Source: Monocercomonoides exilis PA203 (Eukaryota; Protista; Preaxostyla). From it: DNA of 64,000 bases. Position numbers and translations under genes: made by a program. The notes beneath the pieces were generated by a model. The model saw nothing but the letters and a program-made list of their open reading frames with translations, had not been told where the DNA came from and made no database searches. Positions 1 through 12,300 of the stretch are shown here, piece after piece (the first letter of the stretch is position 1; each line of letters begins with the position of its first letter). Location: assembly GCA_001643675.2 (NCBI GenBank), contig LSRY02000030.1:1116001-1180000 (forward strand). The letters are read 5' to 3'.

Positions 1-1563
1 CGCATGATGTGAAAAGAGGAAGAAAGCTTCTCAGAACTCTGTAGCATCACATCATCTGCGTCATCCACATTCAACATCTTCATCCAGTTGCATCAGGCTT
101 CGAAGAAGAACGTAATTAGCAACGCTCATGCATTCCTCATGTGTTCTATTTTTGTTGCTCTGCACAGCTGATATGTTAAAAGTGATGAACCACATCGTCA
201 AAAGCGCTTAAGTTTTCAGATGATTCAGAGAACATTTATCACAGGCCTGTGAAATTTGCCAACTGCAATGGAAATACAAGGAGTTGACCGGCTTTAGTGC
301 TAAGAAACCTATTCAAATGAAGACAAAGAGACAACGAACAAGAAGCTGAATGAAGCAAGATAAGCGGATGAGGTCGATGAGATAGGCTGTATCAGGTTTA
401 TTTGGAACAGCAACAGAAAATGAGTCATTACTGGCTGATGAAGGAAAAGGGCAGGGAAGAGATGAAAGGCACGAGCAGCGGAGGCAATGACAGGAATGGA
501 AAAGGCGAAGACGAAGACGAAGGCGAAGAAAAGAAGAGAAAAGAAAGAATTCAGTTTATTGAGTTATTGTGAACTTTGGAGGAAAGCTGCGGATTAGTGA
601 AGGCCCACTGTCGTTTGATTGAAGGAAAGCTATTTGAGATATGACAGGCACGCATAATTATTGAAAGGTCATTTCACAATTGGCAGGGCAGTAACTCGAG
701 GAAGTCCAATATAAGGAGATTTGAAGAGGAAAGAGAGAAGAAGCACCAGACAATTGAAATAAAGAACAGATTTGATACGTTCACAAAAAAACATTAAAGA
801 GAGCTCCCCCCCAAAAAAGTGTGTTGTTGATTTAGCAGCAGTTGATGGTATTTTCTGACTTCATCCAAATATCGATTTCCCATTTAAAGAGAATACAAAC
901 TACTATTTTTAACACGTTTCACAAGATCATTCAGATGAACTTTTTTTTCAGAATTACACGATATTTGCAGAATGACATTTATCGATATACTTCTCCAACA
1001 GATTCCTCCATCTCCACTGCCTTCTCCGCATTACCTGCAAGTGCAGGAGACAGGAAAAAAGGAAAAAGCAGGAAAAAAAATATCTCATTCATTTTATTCA
1101 GTCTGTTTATTTTCATCTTTTGTTTCAACTTTTTCGTTTCATTCTGCCTCATTTTCACGCTCTTACTCACATGTTCATACTTTATCTATCTTTATTTCAA
1201 TGATTGTGATTTTTCTTTTCATCTTCATTCTATTTCGACAAGAAAGACAGTATGCAACTCAGATGAATTGGCTTTCTGTCTCTTTCAGGCAATGAATGGA
1301 ATGGAAGTGAAGGGCATTGAAACAAAAAATTTGTTGAACAACAAAAAAAGATTTCTGTGTAAAAGAGAAAGAAGAAAGAGAAAGAAAGAGGGAGAGAGAA
1401 TTCAATTATGATAGAATTGCTTTATATGAGAATTTGATGTAAAAAAAAAAAAAAATAAATAAAATAATAAAAATTTTTCAATTATTTTCTTTATCATTAT
1501 GTGAAATGAATAAAAATGAAAAAGATAGTTTTTGAGATACAAAATAATGTGAGTTTCTTTTTC

Positions 1564-2900
1564 TTAAACATTCACAAAATAATCAGAAATATTCAATGAC
1601 AATCTAAAATGATCATATTTGAAGCTAATTGAAATTACTCCATGAAAGCTTGCAACGATATCTTCGTATCCTTCTTCTTCCATCCTTTCAAATATCTTCC
1701 TTTTTGCTGTTTTTCTTTTCATTTCTTCCATTTCATCTTTATTCTTTTCTTTCAATCTTTCTGAAATATTCGAAAAGAAAAACAAATATTCTCTCGTCAT
1801 AGTGTGATTTAATGTTTGCTGTTGAAGTTCTTCCAAAACAGCAACAACAGCTCCACCTTTCAGTAAGGCATCAATCTTCACAGCTCTGTTTTTCGCTGAA
1901 ATTCTCAATAAATTAATGCACCAGTTGTTAATCCTCTCATTATTCTCCTTTGCTGCCCGATAAATCTGAACAATACAACCAACGAGCATGGTAAATTCTT
2001 CATTCTTCGAAAGACAATTGCGAAAATAAAACTCTAATGTTTTGAACCATCTTAATAAAATAATCTCTTCTTTCTCAATTTTATCTCCCTTTTCCTCTTC
2101 TGTTCTCTTCCAATCCACACACTTTGAAAGCTCATCCAATTCTCTTTCAGCCTCTTTCACAAAATGCAGTTCATTCGATATCTCTTCTTCCAAACTTTTG
2201 TCATCGAGCAATCGTTTTTTCAAAAACTGCCAAGCTGACTGATAAGCAAGTCGGGTGAGGTTGTGATGCTCCTGATGATATTCGATGATCGTTTTGATCT
2301 CATTCAAATACAATTTTTGTTCAATTTTCTAATTAAAAATATAAAAAATATGCAAAAATATCAAAATGAAAAATATCAAAAAGGAAACATTATTGTTCAA
2401 ACATTAAATTCATCAAAGCAACTTAATGCCAATAAAGCCATTTCCACTTCTTTCTGAATCTCCTCGTTTTCCTCTTTCCTCATTGCAACTTTCAGGAGAC
2501 AGGGTACACAAATTGAAATAATTTCTGGCGAGTGGAGATAATTAAGTGAAATATAGCATTCGCAAAGATCAATCAGTAGCTTTTCGTTTCTTTTTTCTTC
2601 TTCCTTCATCTCTTCTTCATTAATCATCTTCTCAAATCTTTCGTTTAACGAAGATTCTTCAAATTCATCAAAAAATACTAATTTCAGCACTTTGCAACAT
2701 CCAACATGCTTCAACAGCAAGCTTGCATTTTCCATTGACATTTTCTTTTCTCCAATCATTTTTTCTATTTTGTTGAACATTTCTTCGTTGAAAATTGATT
2801 CAAGTTCATTATTATTCAGTTCCTCAATAACTTCAATGATTTCTTCAATTTTCCGTTTCTGTACTGCTTCAGTGAATTGTTCCAACTGCGAAAATTTCTC
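1564..2900 (-). CDS. Lineage-expanded acidic helical (ARM-like?) hypothetical protein, copy 1; at least two exons, intron 2329-2402; 5' end uncertain (about 2900-3000)
   Basis: ORFs 2397-2885 and 1564-2313 join in frame through a 74-nt GTTTGA...TAG intron (DEFN|KIEQKLYLNEIK). Clear paralog of 59862-61320, sharing LLIDLCECYISL, QKEVEMALLA, HNLTRL.Q SAW, MEEEGYED and SLNISDYF.NV. Confidence 0.8.
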
Positions 2901-3179
2901 TAAAAAAATTGAAAAATCAAAAGAGAAAAAAGAAGCATTTATTTTTTAAATCAACTATTTCTTCTAACATTTTGCAAACCCAGAAACATTTGTTCATATG
3001 AATGTGATTGTGTAACTTCAAAATGAGTCCAAAACTATAAAAAATACATTTTCTGAATGTTCGAAGATTTTTCAAAACAAAAAATAAAAATACTCTTGCC
3101 AAAATGCCCTTTAAAAAATAACTCAAAAATCTCCTGAGCATCAGCCTTTGTCTTTTGCCTCAAAACAAGCAAATCGTTG

Positions 3180-4380
3180 AATTAAAAAAATATCTTTTTG
3201 AATAAATAAATAAGGGTGGCAAACCTTTAATTACATAAGAAATGATATTTGATAGATGTTTTGCTGCAGCCAGAGTATGTTTGAGCTGGTTAGGTCTTCG
3301 GCTGCATATGCACACATGCGAGTTATAGCACTGCAGAAGAACAGGGATTTTGTTAATAGATGGAGGAGCGAGTGGCTGTTTTCCAATATTGTTTGCGAAA
3401 AATGAATTGGTGGAAGATATTGCATGTAATTTGAACTTGGTTATATATTGCAAATCATATGGTGCGACATCGGCTTCAATATTTTGAATGAAAAATAACT
3501 CAAACAAGATGCAGAAAAAGCGAGGAGAATCTCAGAAAGATTAATTTGAACCGCTTGTTCATTTTGAAGGGAAAGCAGTGCACTTGACATATCATTTGAG
3601 CAGGATTTGTTTTGTGAGATTTTTTTTTGGGAATTTGGTTTCGTGGAAAAGGAAAGGGAATTGAGGGTTGGACGATGGAGGAAACGAGTTGAGCAAAACA
3701 CTCAGCAGGCCTCAACAACAATCTCGTTTGCCTTTTGAACGAAGCAAGTTGGAAAGCTATCAGCGAAGAGTTGAAGTTGAATTGAGCTTTGAAAAGGAGT
3801 TAATTTGGAGAATATCAATTTTCACTCGACTTCATAATCCGTTTCACAATGAATTCTGTGAGTTCAATGACGTAATGTATCAGCCATTTGTTATCCAGTT
3901 GCCTGTTTTTTTTGAAGGAAGAGAGACAATTTTGGAGAACAAGAAAGCCAGCTGGGCTGATAATTACCAATCCATTGGAGATGGGAAAATATTTCAAGAC
4001 CAAAAAAATGGTTTGATTTTTTTATTTCATTCATTTTTCTTTAAAGGTGTTCTTTGAATGAATACAGATTGGTCATGAACAGGAATGCCATTGAAAGAGA
4101 AGCCTTCTTTTCATTTCGCGAAAGAACCATAAGTTTTGGGATTATCCCTGTTTGGATTGCATTCAATGATGATATTCGTGACTTTTGCCATCTGTTTTGT
4201 ATGATGCATAGCCTGACAATGCTTAACATGAGTTTGCAAGAAAGAGAAAAGCAGTTTATTTGGCTTATTTTGAGAGTGTTTGGCAGAAGCGACTCTTTTG
4301 TCAGAGCACATGAGCTGGATGGTCATTCGCATTCAGAACACATTCAGTTTTATCTATCGCCCAACGCGACTTGGAAAAGT
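3180..4380 (+). mobile_element. Possible highly decayed DIRS-like retroelement remnant (RT/RNase H/MT region)
   Basis: GC-richer segment broken by stops. Fragments LGLRLHMHTCEL, ELIWRISIF, CISHLLSSCLFFLKEERQFW and AIEREAFFSFRERTISFGIIP loosely resemble DIRS RT, RNase H and methyltransferase segments in the expected order. Weak, by eye only. Confidence 0.25.
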
Positions 4381-5608
4381 TGACATCTTCTATTTTTCTT
4401 CACCTTCTTCTTCACCTTCGCTATCATTCTCAACAGTCTCACTTCAACAAAAGATGTTCATTGCCAGAATCGACACATCAATCACATAATCAAAAAATTC
4501 TTCATTTTCTTCTTCTTCTTCTTCTTCTTCTTCATTTCCTTCATCTTCTTCTGCGATTTATCCTTTCACACCAAGTGTGCCATCTTCAACTTCGTCATTG
4601 TCTTCTTCTTCACCTTCTTCTTTGTTTCTTGATCTCATTTCACTTAAAGTTGGATCAATGCATCAACAGTCTGTTTCATTTGCACAGTTCAATCTGCATA
4701 ACGGAAAAATTGAACCAAAAGTTGCTACAATCACATTTCTTCTTGTCGATGTCCATTCGCCAAATACGCCTTCATTTCATGTTTCATTCGCAATATAGGA
4801 AATGAAAAGCCATCTGTACAAAATCTGTCTTTTCATTCAAATCGACTTCTTCTTCAACATCTTCTTCGATGAACAACAGCAATATTTATATTTCCTTTTC
4901 ATTCAAATTCCCATTGAATTCATCGACTGGCCTCATCTTTCATTCCCATTCAGAAAGACAAAAGAAATATTTATTCTCTACAAAATATCAGCTGAAATTA
5001 TATGTCAACGGAAGCGATTCTCCACAAAGCAAAGAAAGGTCTGCACGTTATCAACAACTGAGTCAATTCTGGCTTTTTCATTTGGAAGCTGAAGCATTTG
5101 AAGTGAAAAGGAAAGGACAATGAGGCAATTTTTTTTATGAAATGGATGGATTCCAATAATAGCGTTCGGTAGATTTCGCATCTACGAAACTGGAGAAAAT
5201 TGTTGGAAATGAAATGAAGAGGAAAAGCGATTTTGAGGAAAAGGCTTATTTGAATTACAGTTCTATGAGGGAGTTGAGTTTATCAGTTACGGACAAGTTG
5301 AAATGGAAAAGTTGAGGGGAATATAATCAGAAGAAAATCACATGAAATGATTGAAAAAATGATATTTGAAGAGAAGAAATAGATGATTCCTTTAAGCAGA
5401 GAGTATTATTTTCATTAGATGAAAAGGAGAAAATAGATGAAGAAATATCGAAGAAATAATTATATTTGAGCTAACATTTAGGATTTTGAAAAAAATAAGT
5501 GATGATATATTCTTTAGTCGAAAGTGATATGAAAAAAGGAGTTTTCTGTGATATGGAAAATGACAAATTTGGAAAATGAAGGAAAGGAAAGAAAGAAAGA
5601 AAAATAAT

Positions 5609-6022
5609 ATCATTTCCAGTGATTTTTGTGTCAACAGCGCTGAAGGTGAGTGTTTGAAGAGAAACAAATGTTGAGGTGAGGAGGGTGAGGGAGGCGTCTT
5701 AGAAGAGGGAAATGAAGCCGGTGAGGGCATATTCGATGGTAGCACATGGGGTCTGTTGGGGTCTGCCACAGACATCAGAATTAGTTCCATTGCTGGCAAC
5801 GATTTTGTTCTGAGCGATGAGGGGGAGCCAGCCATTGTATTCAGCATTATCAGCTGTTCCTTGATTCCACACTCTTTGTGTTGGGGTTGTTGAGCCACAA
5901 TTCTCGAATGGGGATTGGGCTATAGAACTGCCATTGAAGAACACGTCATTCCCTCTTCCATTTTTGGCCGTGTTGCTGTCGAAGAAGCAGATCGAACTTG
6001 GCAAGATTACGTTCATCCACAA
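5609..6022 (-). pseudogene. Fragment of a Cys-rich beta-helix surface-protein family member with an in-frame stop
   Basis: FFDSNTAKNGRGNDVFF...SPFENCGSTT...VASNGTNSDVCGRPQQTPCATIEYAL matches the module-boundary motif of the giant protein at 6358. The frame continues past TAA 5699-5701 as DASLTLLTSTFVSLQTLTFSAVDTKITGND. No start or signal peptide; flanks are AT-rich. Confidence 0.7.
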
Positions 6023-6357
6023 AAATATTGATGCACTTCTCAGTGCATCCCTTCAATTTTAATAATGCTGTTAATTCAAGGTTTTTTTCAAATCTTTCAA
6101 TTTTTTCCAAGAAGTATTTTTCATTATAATCAATCAATATTATTTTTCGAACAAAAAAGTCTTATTCAATTTTCAAAATACTATCGACTGAAACAAATAA
6201 AAAAGAAAAATTCAGAAATGTTTTAATGACGATTCCAAATGAAAATGAAATGTCCATTTCTTAGAAATTTTCATAAGAAAAAATTTTTTTCACCCATTAT
6301 ATAAATAGTCAAAATCACAAAAATTAAATAATCTTTTTTTATTGAGCCAGAGTGAGA

Positions 6358-9300
6358 ATGCTGACAAAATTGTGGATGTTTGCGTTATACGCATTCTGTC
6401 ATTATATGAATCTTGTTACAACTAAAGAAGACTCAAAGTTGATAAGAGAAAACATGAAAGAAGAAGAAATGATTAATGTGGATAAAAATATGCTTCAGAT
6501 AAACAAAAATCCTTCAAATGATGATTTTATTAATTATGAAGAAGATGGTGGAAGACTGATGGAAAAAATGAAGAGAAGTGAAATTGACGGAAAAGATTTT
6601 ATCAAAGATGAAATAAAAAGCAAAGAAGAATATGGAAGAGAAATTGGAATTTTGAAGAAAGCTGATATTTGTCAATTCAGTGAAATTGAGGGTTGCTTGG
6701 AATGCTTCAATTCATCAGTCATGGAAATGGGCTTGGTTTTGAGAGAAAAAGGAACAAAAAGAATACTCATTGCGAAAAAAGGAAGCATTGTTTCGATGAA
6801 AAAGTGCATTATTTTTGTTGGGCAGAATTCTCCTCCGATAGAACTGGAAGGGAGTTTTGGTTCATTTGTGAACATTTCAATTCAGCCAAATGTTGAAGGT
6901 TTGAATATATTTCCTCCTCTTTTCACTTCTGAACAAATCAGAAGTTGCATTTCGAAATCTTCCATTATTTCGTTGAGTGAATCTCATTTCTCGTCTTTTT
7001 GTGTGTCATCTGCCCCATTCCTCTCGTCGCCTTCCATTTCACTCATATCCCTCTATCAACTGACATTTTTCAACATTTCAACAGCATCTTCGGATTGTTT
7101 ATCTCCAACCACTTCCTTAAATCAAACATCAACCCAAACCTCATGTTTGATGAGCAGCTGCTCATTCTCATCAGTTTGCGATGTGTATGATGGAGGGATT
7201 GTTCCCTCTCTGAACAATCCCTTGGCCTCTTTGACAGCCTCAAACACCTCGTTTGTTGGATGTTGTCGGACAAGAAATGTGAAATGTGAAGGAACTTCGG
7301 AGGTTCCGTTGAAATCAGATAGACAAAACGAAACATTCAATGGAGCGAATTCATTCATTTGGTGCGAATGGAATGGATCAAAAACACCTGGGGAAAATGG
7401 AACAATTACGGACGGAATTTCAAGTGGTGGAGCAATTTATATGTTTAATCTTGCCAAAGGAGCCCTTTTTGTTTCTTGTTGTTCATTCAACAACTGTTAT
7501 GCTCATTGGGATGGTGGAGCAATTGCATGTTCAAATATATCGTCAGTGAATATTGAAAACAATTTATTCAACTCATGCACTGCGCAGACTTGGGCCGGAG
7601 GAGGAATATGCCTTTACTCGATTTCTGCATGTTCTCAAATTAGTAAATGCGTCTTTTTTTATTGCAAGGGTGACAGTTTCGGAGGAGGATTAAGATTGGA
7701 TATTTTTAAAGGTTCAGCATCAAGTTGCATTGGAGTGGAAAATGTGGAAGGTGAAAGTTCATGTGTGTTTGACTGCAAATTCAGTTTTTGCTCACTAAAA
7801 GGTACAAATGGAGGAGGAATGTTCTGTCGAACTGCTCCTGATTCATTCGAAATGAGGAATATTCAATTCATTTTTTGCTCTGCATTAAAGGAAGGTGGAG
7901 GTCTGAGTTTTGATCCAAATAATCAATCAGCATCAAATGACACAAATTTTTGTTATTTCCTTGTTTTCGTTGAATGTGTTTGCTTTGATGATCCGCCATA
8001 CGGTCATGATGTGATGTTCAGTGATCGATATGATCATTACATGGTTTCAGGAAATCCGTTCTTTGAATGCTACACAACAAACACAGATGACCAGAGAGTG
8101 TGCTACGGATTTAATTTCTCGAATCCGGAGAGATGGACGCATGACCAAACATTAAAAAAGGATTGGCTGAAGTGTAAGACGATTTATGTTTCTGTGAATG
8201 GAAATGACTCATATGAGCTCTGTGGGGAGAATGAAACGTATTCATGTCTGACTGTGAAGAAGGCCTTTGAGATGTGCGAGATACAAACAAGCTTAACAAT
8301 CACTCCTACCGAAGGGAATCACACAAGGGATGCAGAAACAATTGAGATTGGATCAAAGATGATTTTTGTAAAGGGCAGAGGATGTGAGGCAAGTGTGATT
8401 GGAACAAAATCCCTTTCATCAGCAGGTCCTCTGTTCAGTGTGTCAACAGGTCATCTGGGAATGAGCCGTTTGAAGGTTGATCATAACTCAAATGCAGAAA
8501 TTTCACAGAGTGTGGTTGTGGTATCTGAAATGAGTGGGTCACTCTCATTGGAGGATGTTGTGATCACCACGAGCAATATTGGAGAATATGTGATATCTTC
8601 TTCAGTGTTTGTGGTGCCACTATCACAGCTATCGATGGTTGATGTGGAGATCAAGAATATGAATGTCTCAAAATCATTGTTCTCTGAACCTGTTTTATCT
8701 TCTTCTTCCTCCTCCTCATCTGCCCTGTTTTTGACAGCTACAACATCTGGAGATAGCGTGCTGGCGAATGTGAAAGTGAAGAATGTGAAGGTGACGAAAG
8801 GAGATGGAGTGGTTGTGGCAAAGAGTGTGAAGGAAGGAGAGACATTTGTTGTTCAGAATGTGACAGTCGAGGATTGTGAGTGCGAGAATGGCAGTGGAGG
8901 AGGGATCAAGGTTGAGTTGGAAACAGATTCAAGCAAGTTGCGGGTTGAAACATCAACAACAATCAAGAGATGCACAAGTGGCAAATATGGAGGAGGGATG
9001 ATGCTTCATCTGGCTGACAACTCGATTGACTTCTCGATTGTGTCAGTTGACTTTTCAGGGTGTTCTGCCTCATTGGGAGGGAATTATGTGTTTGTGAATG
9101 GGAGCGATTCAGCGAGCTGGGGAATAACAAGAGAAAAGCTGGATGTCCAGCGTGACAATTCAAAATACAATGAGCTTGTGGGATATGATCGGAGTGACAC
9201 AACAATGGGGCTGTTCCCACTGAATGTGTATTTGGATTCATATCCAGATGCAGCACATGTGGGGAAGGGGAAGGATGGGCTGGGTGGATACAACTCGTGG

Positions 9301-12300
9301 TTCTGTGGGTTTGACTATTATCCGTGTGCCACCATCACGCATGCAGCGCAGGTGAGATATCCCGACACAAACAAGAAGATTGAATTGGATTCAGGATATG
9401 AGCTTGCTGAAGAGGTTGGAATGACAGATGGCAATGAATGGGAGATTTCATGTGCAACAAAAGGGATGGAGGTTGGGGTGAAAGCACCAGAGAATTTTGA
9501 GTCATCTTGTCTGATTGAGGTTCTGAGCAAATGTTCAGTGAGAAACATCAAGTTCTGCATTCCATCTGCTCTATCTGGTGCATCATCATCATCTCTGATT
9601 TCATCCAATTCCACACTCCTCACACTCACTGACTGTTCTGTTGTTTGTTCATCAGAGAATTCCATTGGATATTGTTTTGTGAATGTGATTGGGGGAAAAG
9701 TGAAAGTGGAGGGATTGGTGATCAGAGAGACCTTGAGATTTGGAGAACATTCGCTGATTGAGTTTGGCGAAGGGGTGGAATCAGTTGTGTTTTGTGGATG
9801 TGAGGTGAACAACATTGAGAAGAGAAGTGGAGATGGAGGATGGGTGAGTGGAGTGGTTGGGGCAGAAGGGGATGAGGGGAAGAATGGGATAATTGTGATT
9901 GAGTCGTGTGTTGTGAAGGGGTGCAGGTGTGCTGGTGGAAGAGGAGGAGGGATGAGTGTTGTTGTGAAGGGGGAAGGGAGTGTTGTTTTGAATGGGAGTT
10001 GTGTGATTGATGGGTGTGAGGCGAAGGGTTCAGTGGAGAGTTCAGATGGGAGAAGTGAAGGGAGAGGAGGAGGGATGATGATTGTGATGGAGAGCAGGGA
10101 TGGTTCAATGAAAATGGAATCTGGAGGAGAGGGTTTGTTTGTGTTTGGAGAGGATAACAAAGCTTCATATGGGAAGGATGTGTTTGTTGAATGTGGTGGA
10201 GGAGTGTTGTTGGAGTCAAAAGTGAATGGGAGCTCATTTTCATTTTTTGATTCAAGTGCGATTCCATCGGATGTGTTGAAGTTGTGTGGGAGTGAGGATG
10301 AGAGAGAAGGGGAAGTGATTCCGCTGTTTGTGTATTTTCAATCATATAGAACGAAGTTGACTGTTGATGGGAGAGGAGAGAGGGCACTGGATCACAATCA
10401 TTGTGGGTTTGAGGAGTTTGGGTGTTTGACGATTGACTATTGTGTTGGGAAGAGAGCGAGCATCAATGTGAATGAGATTGAAGTTATCTCAGAATCATGG
10501 ATAAAGAATGAGATGAAAGTGGCATCGTTTGAGTTGAGTCTTTCTGGGAAAGAAGAAGGGATGAGGGTGGTTGTGAGGGATGAAGGATCGATAAATCAAA
10601 ACAACCTTATTGAGTGCACAAAATCATTTGAGATGAGACATTTGTCATTTATGCTGAATGAAGAGATGAATGGGAAGAGAAGTGGATTCATCCACTCTTC
10701 ATCATCTACCATCACAATAACCAGCTGTTCAGTCTTATTTGGAAATGATGAAATGATTGGATACAACGTGATATGTATTGAGGGAGGATGGTTGGTTGTG
10801 AATGGGTTTGTGATGGAAGGGGGAGTGAGAATGAGTGGGAAATCGCCAATTGTTATTTCAAATGGAGCTGAATTGGAGATGAATCACAGTCGAATGAGTG
10901 GAGTGGAAGTTGTTGGTGGAATTGGAGGAGGAGGAGGATGTTTGAATGTGGAGATGGGTGTGAATGGGATTGTGAATATTGATGGATGCAATTTGTCATC
11001 GGTGTGTTCAGGGGGGAGTGGGATGAAAGGGGGAGGGATGAAGATATCAGTGGGGAAGGGAGGGAGGTTGGAAATGAAAGGAGTGAAATATTCTTTGTGT
11101 GAAGTGCCAAGAGAGGATGTTGGGGATGGAGGGAGAGGAATGGGAGGAGGGATGTTTGTGAAGCTGGCAGATGAGATGGGAACATTTGTGATGGAAGGGA
11201 TGGCATTTGAGGGATGTGATGGGTGGAAAGGAAAGAATGTGTTTGTTTCGGGATGGGATCTGAGAGAGATTGTGAACAAGGAGCACCTGAAATGGGAAAT
11301 AAAGGAAGAGGAGTTGGGATCGTTGGATGAGTTGTGTGGATGGGAGAGGAAGTCAACAGGAGAGGAGGGATATGTGATTCCACTGGTTGTGTATTTGTGG
11401 AGGAACTGGAGTGGGGATGGGTATGTTTCTCGAGAGAAAGGAGGAGACTTCAGTGGGTGTGGGTATTCAGAAGCACCATGCTCATCGATTGACCATTTGA
11501 TATCACTTCGATATCCGACACTTGATGAAGGTGAATCCCACATCAGCATCGTGGGATCAGGGTTGCTGAGCCATTCCATTTCATTTTCATCTTCATTTTC
11601 TTCATCTTCATCATCAATTTCAGAGTCACCAAAAGTGGTGATTGAAGGGACAAAGAAAGGAACAAGTGTGACAATCAGTGATGAAGAAGAGAATGTTTCA
11701 AAAGATTCAATGATTTCATCGAATGTGAGTCTGTCATTTGTGAATGTGTCATTCACCAAGCCAGCCACCGCAACCCATCATGAAGTGTTGATTGAATCCT
11801 CTGGAGCAAACACATTATTGTCAGTTTCAGATTGTTCATTTGGCCCAGGGAGGGGAGTGGCAGAAAGTTTTGGATATTGTGTGATGAGGGTGGATGGGGG
11901 GAGTGTTGTGATTGAAAAGTGTTCGTTGAGTTTGATTTCAGAGTTGAAAGGGTTGATTGCGTTCAGCCTAAGTGCAGCTGATGTTACTGTTCAGAATGTG
12001 AACATCTCATTTGCTGATTTGACAGAAAGAAGCCTGATTTCGATGATGGAAGAGGAAAACCAGATGAATGGAGAAAAGAAGGTGTTTTCAAATGGAAACA
12101 AACCAGTTTTGAGGGTTGTTGGATGTTCATTTGCGAACATCACAAATGAAGGGATTCGAGCGAGTGTTGTTGATGTGGGATCATTTGAGAGTGGAGTGGA
12201 GTGTGTGGTGGATGAGTGTTCGATGTCGAGTTGCAAGAGTGGCTTGAGCAGAGAAGGAGGGGGAATGAAAGTGGTGCTGAAGAGTGGGGAGTCAGTGTTG

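Noticed and set aside
842-1411. 189-aa plus-strand ORF with a hydrophobic stretch
   Set aside because: TTG start, simple T-rich and A-rich composition, no recognisable domain.
5699-5701. In-frame TAA as evidence for TAR=Gln recoding, as in some oxymonads
   Set aside because: The multi-kb ORFs have no internal TAA/TAG, and several genes end in TAA or TAG at sensible positions. A single nonsense mutation is simpler.
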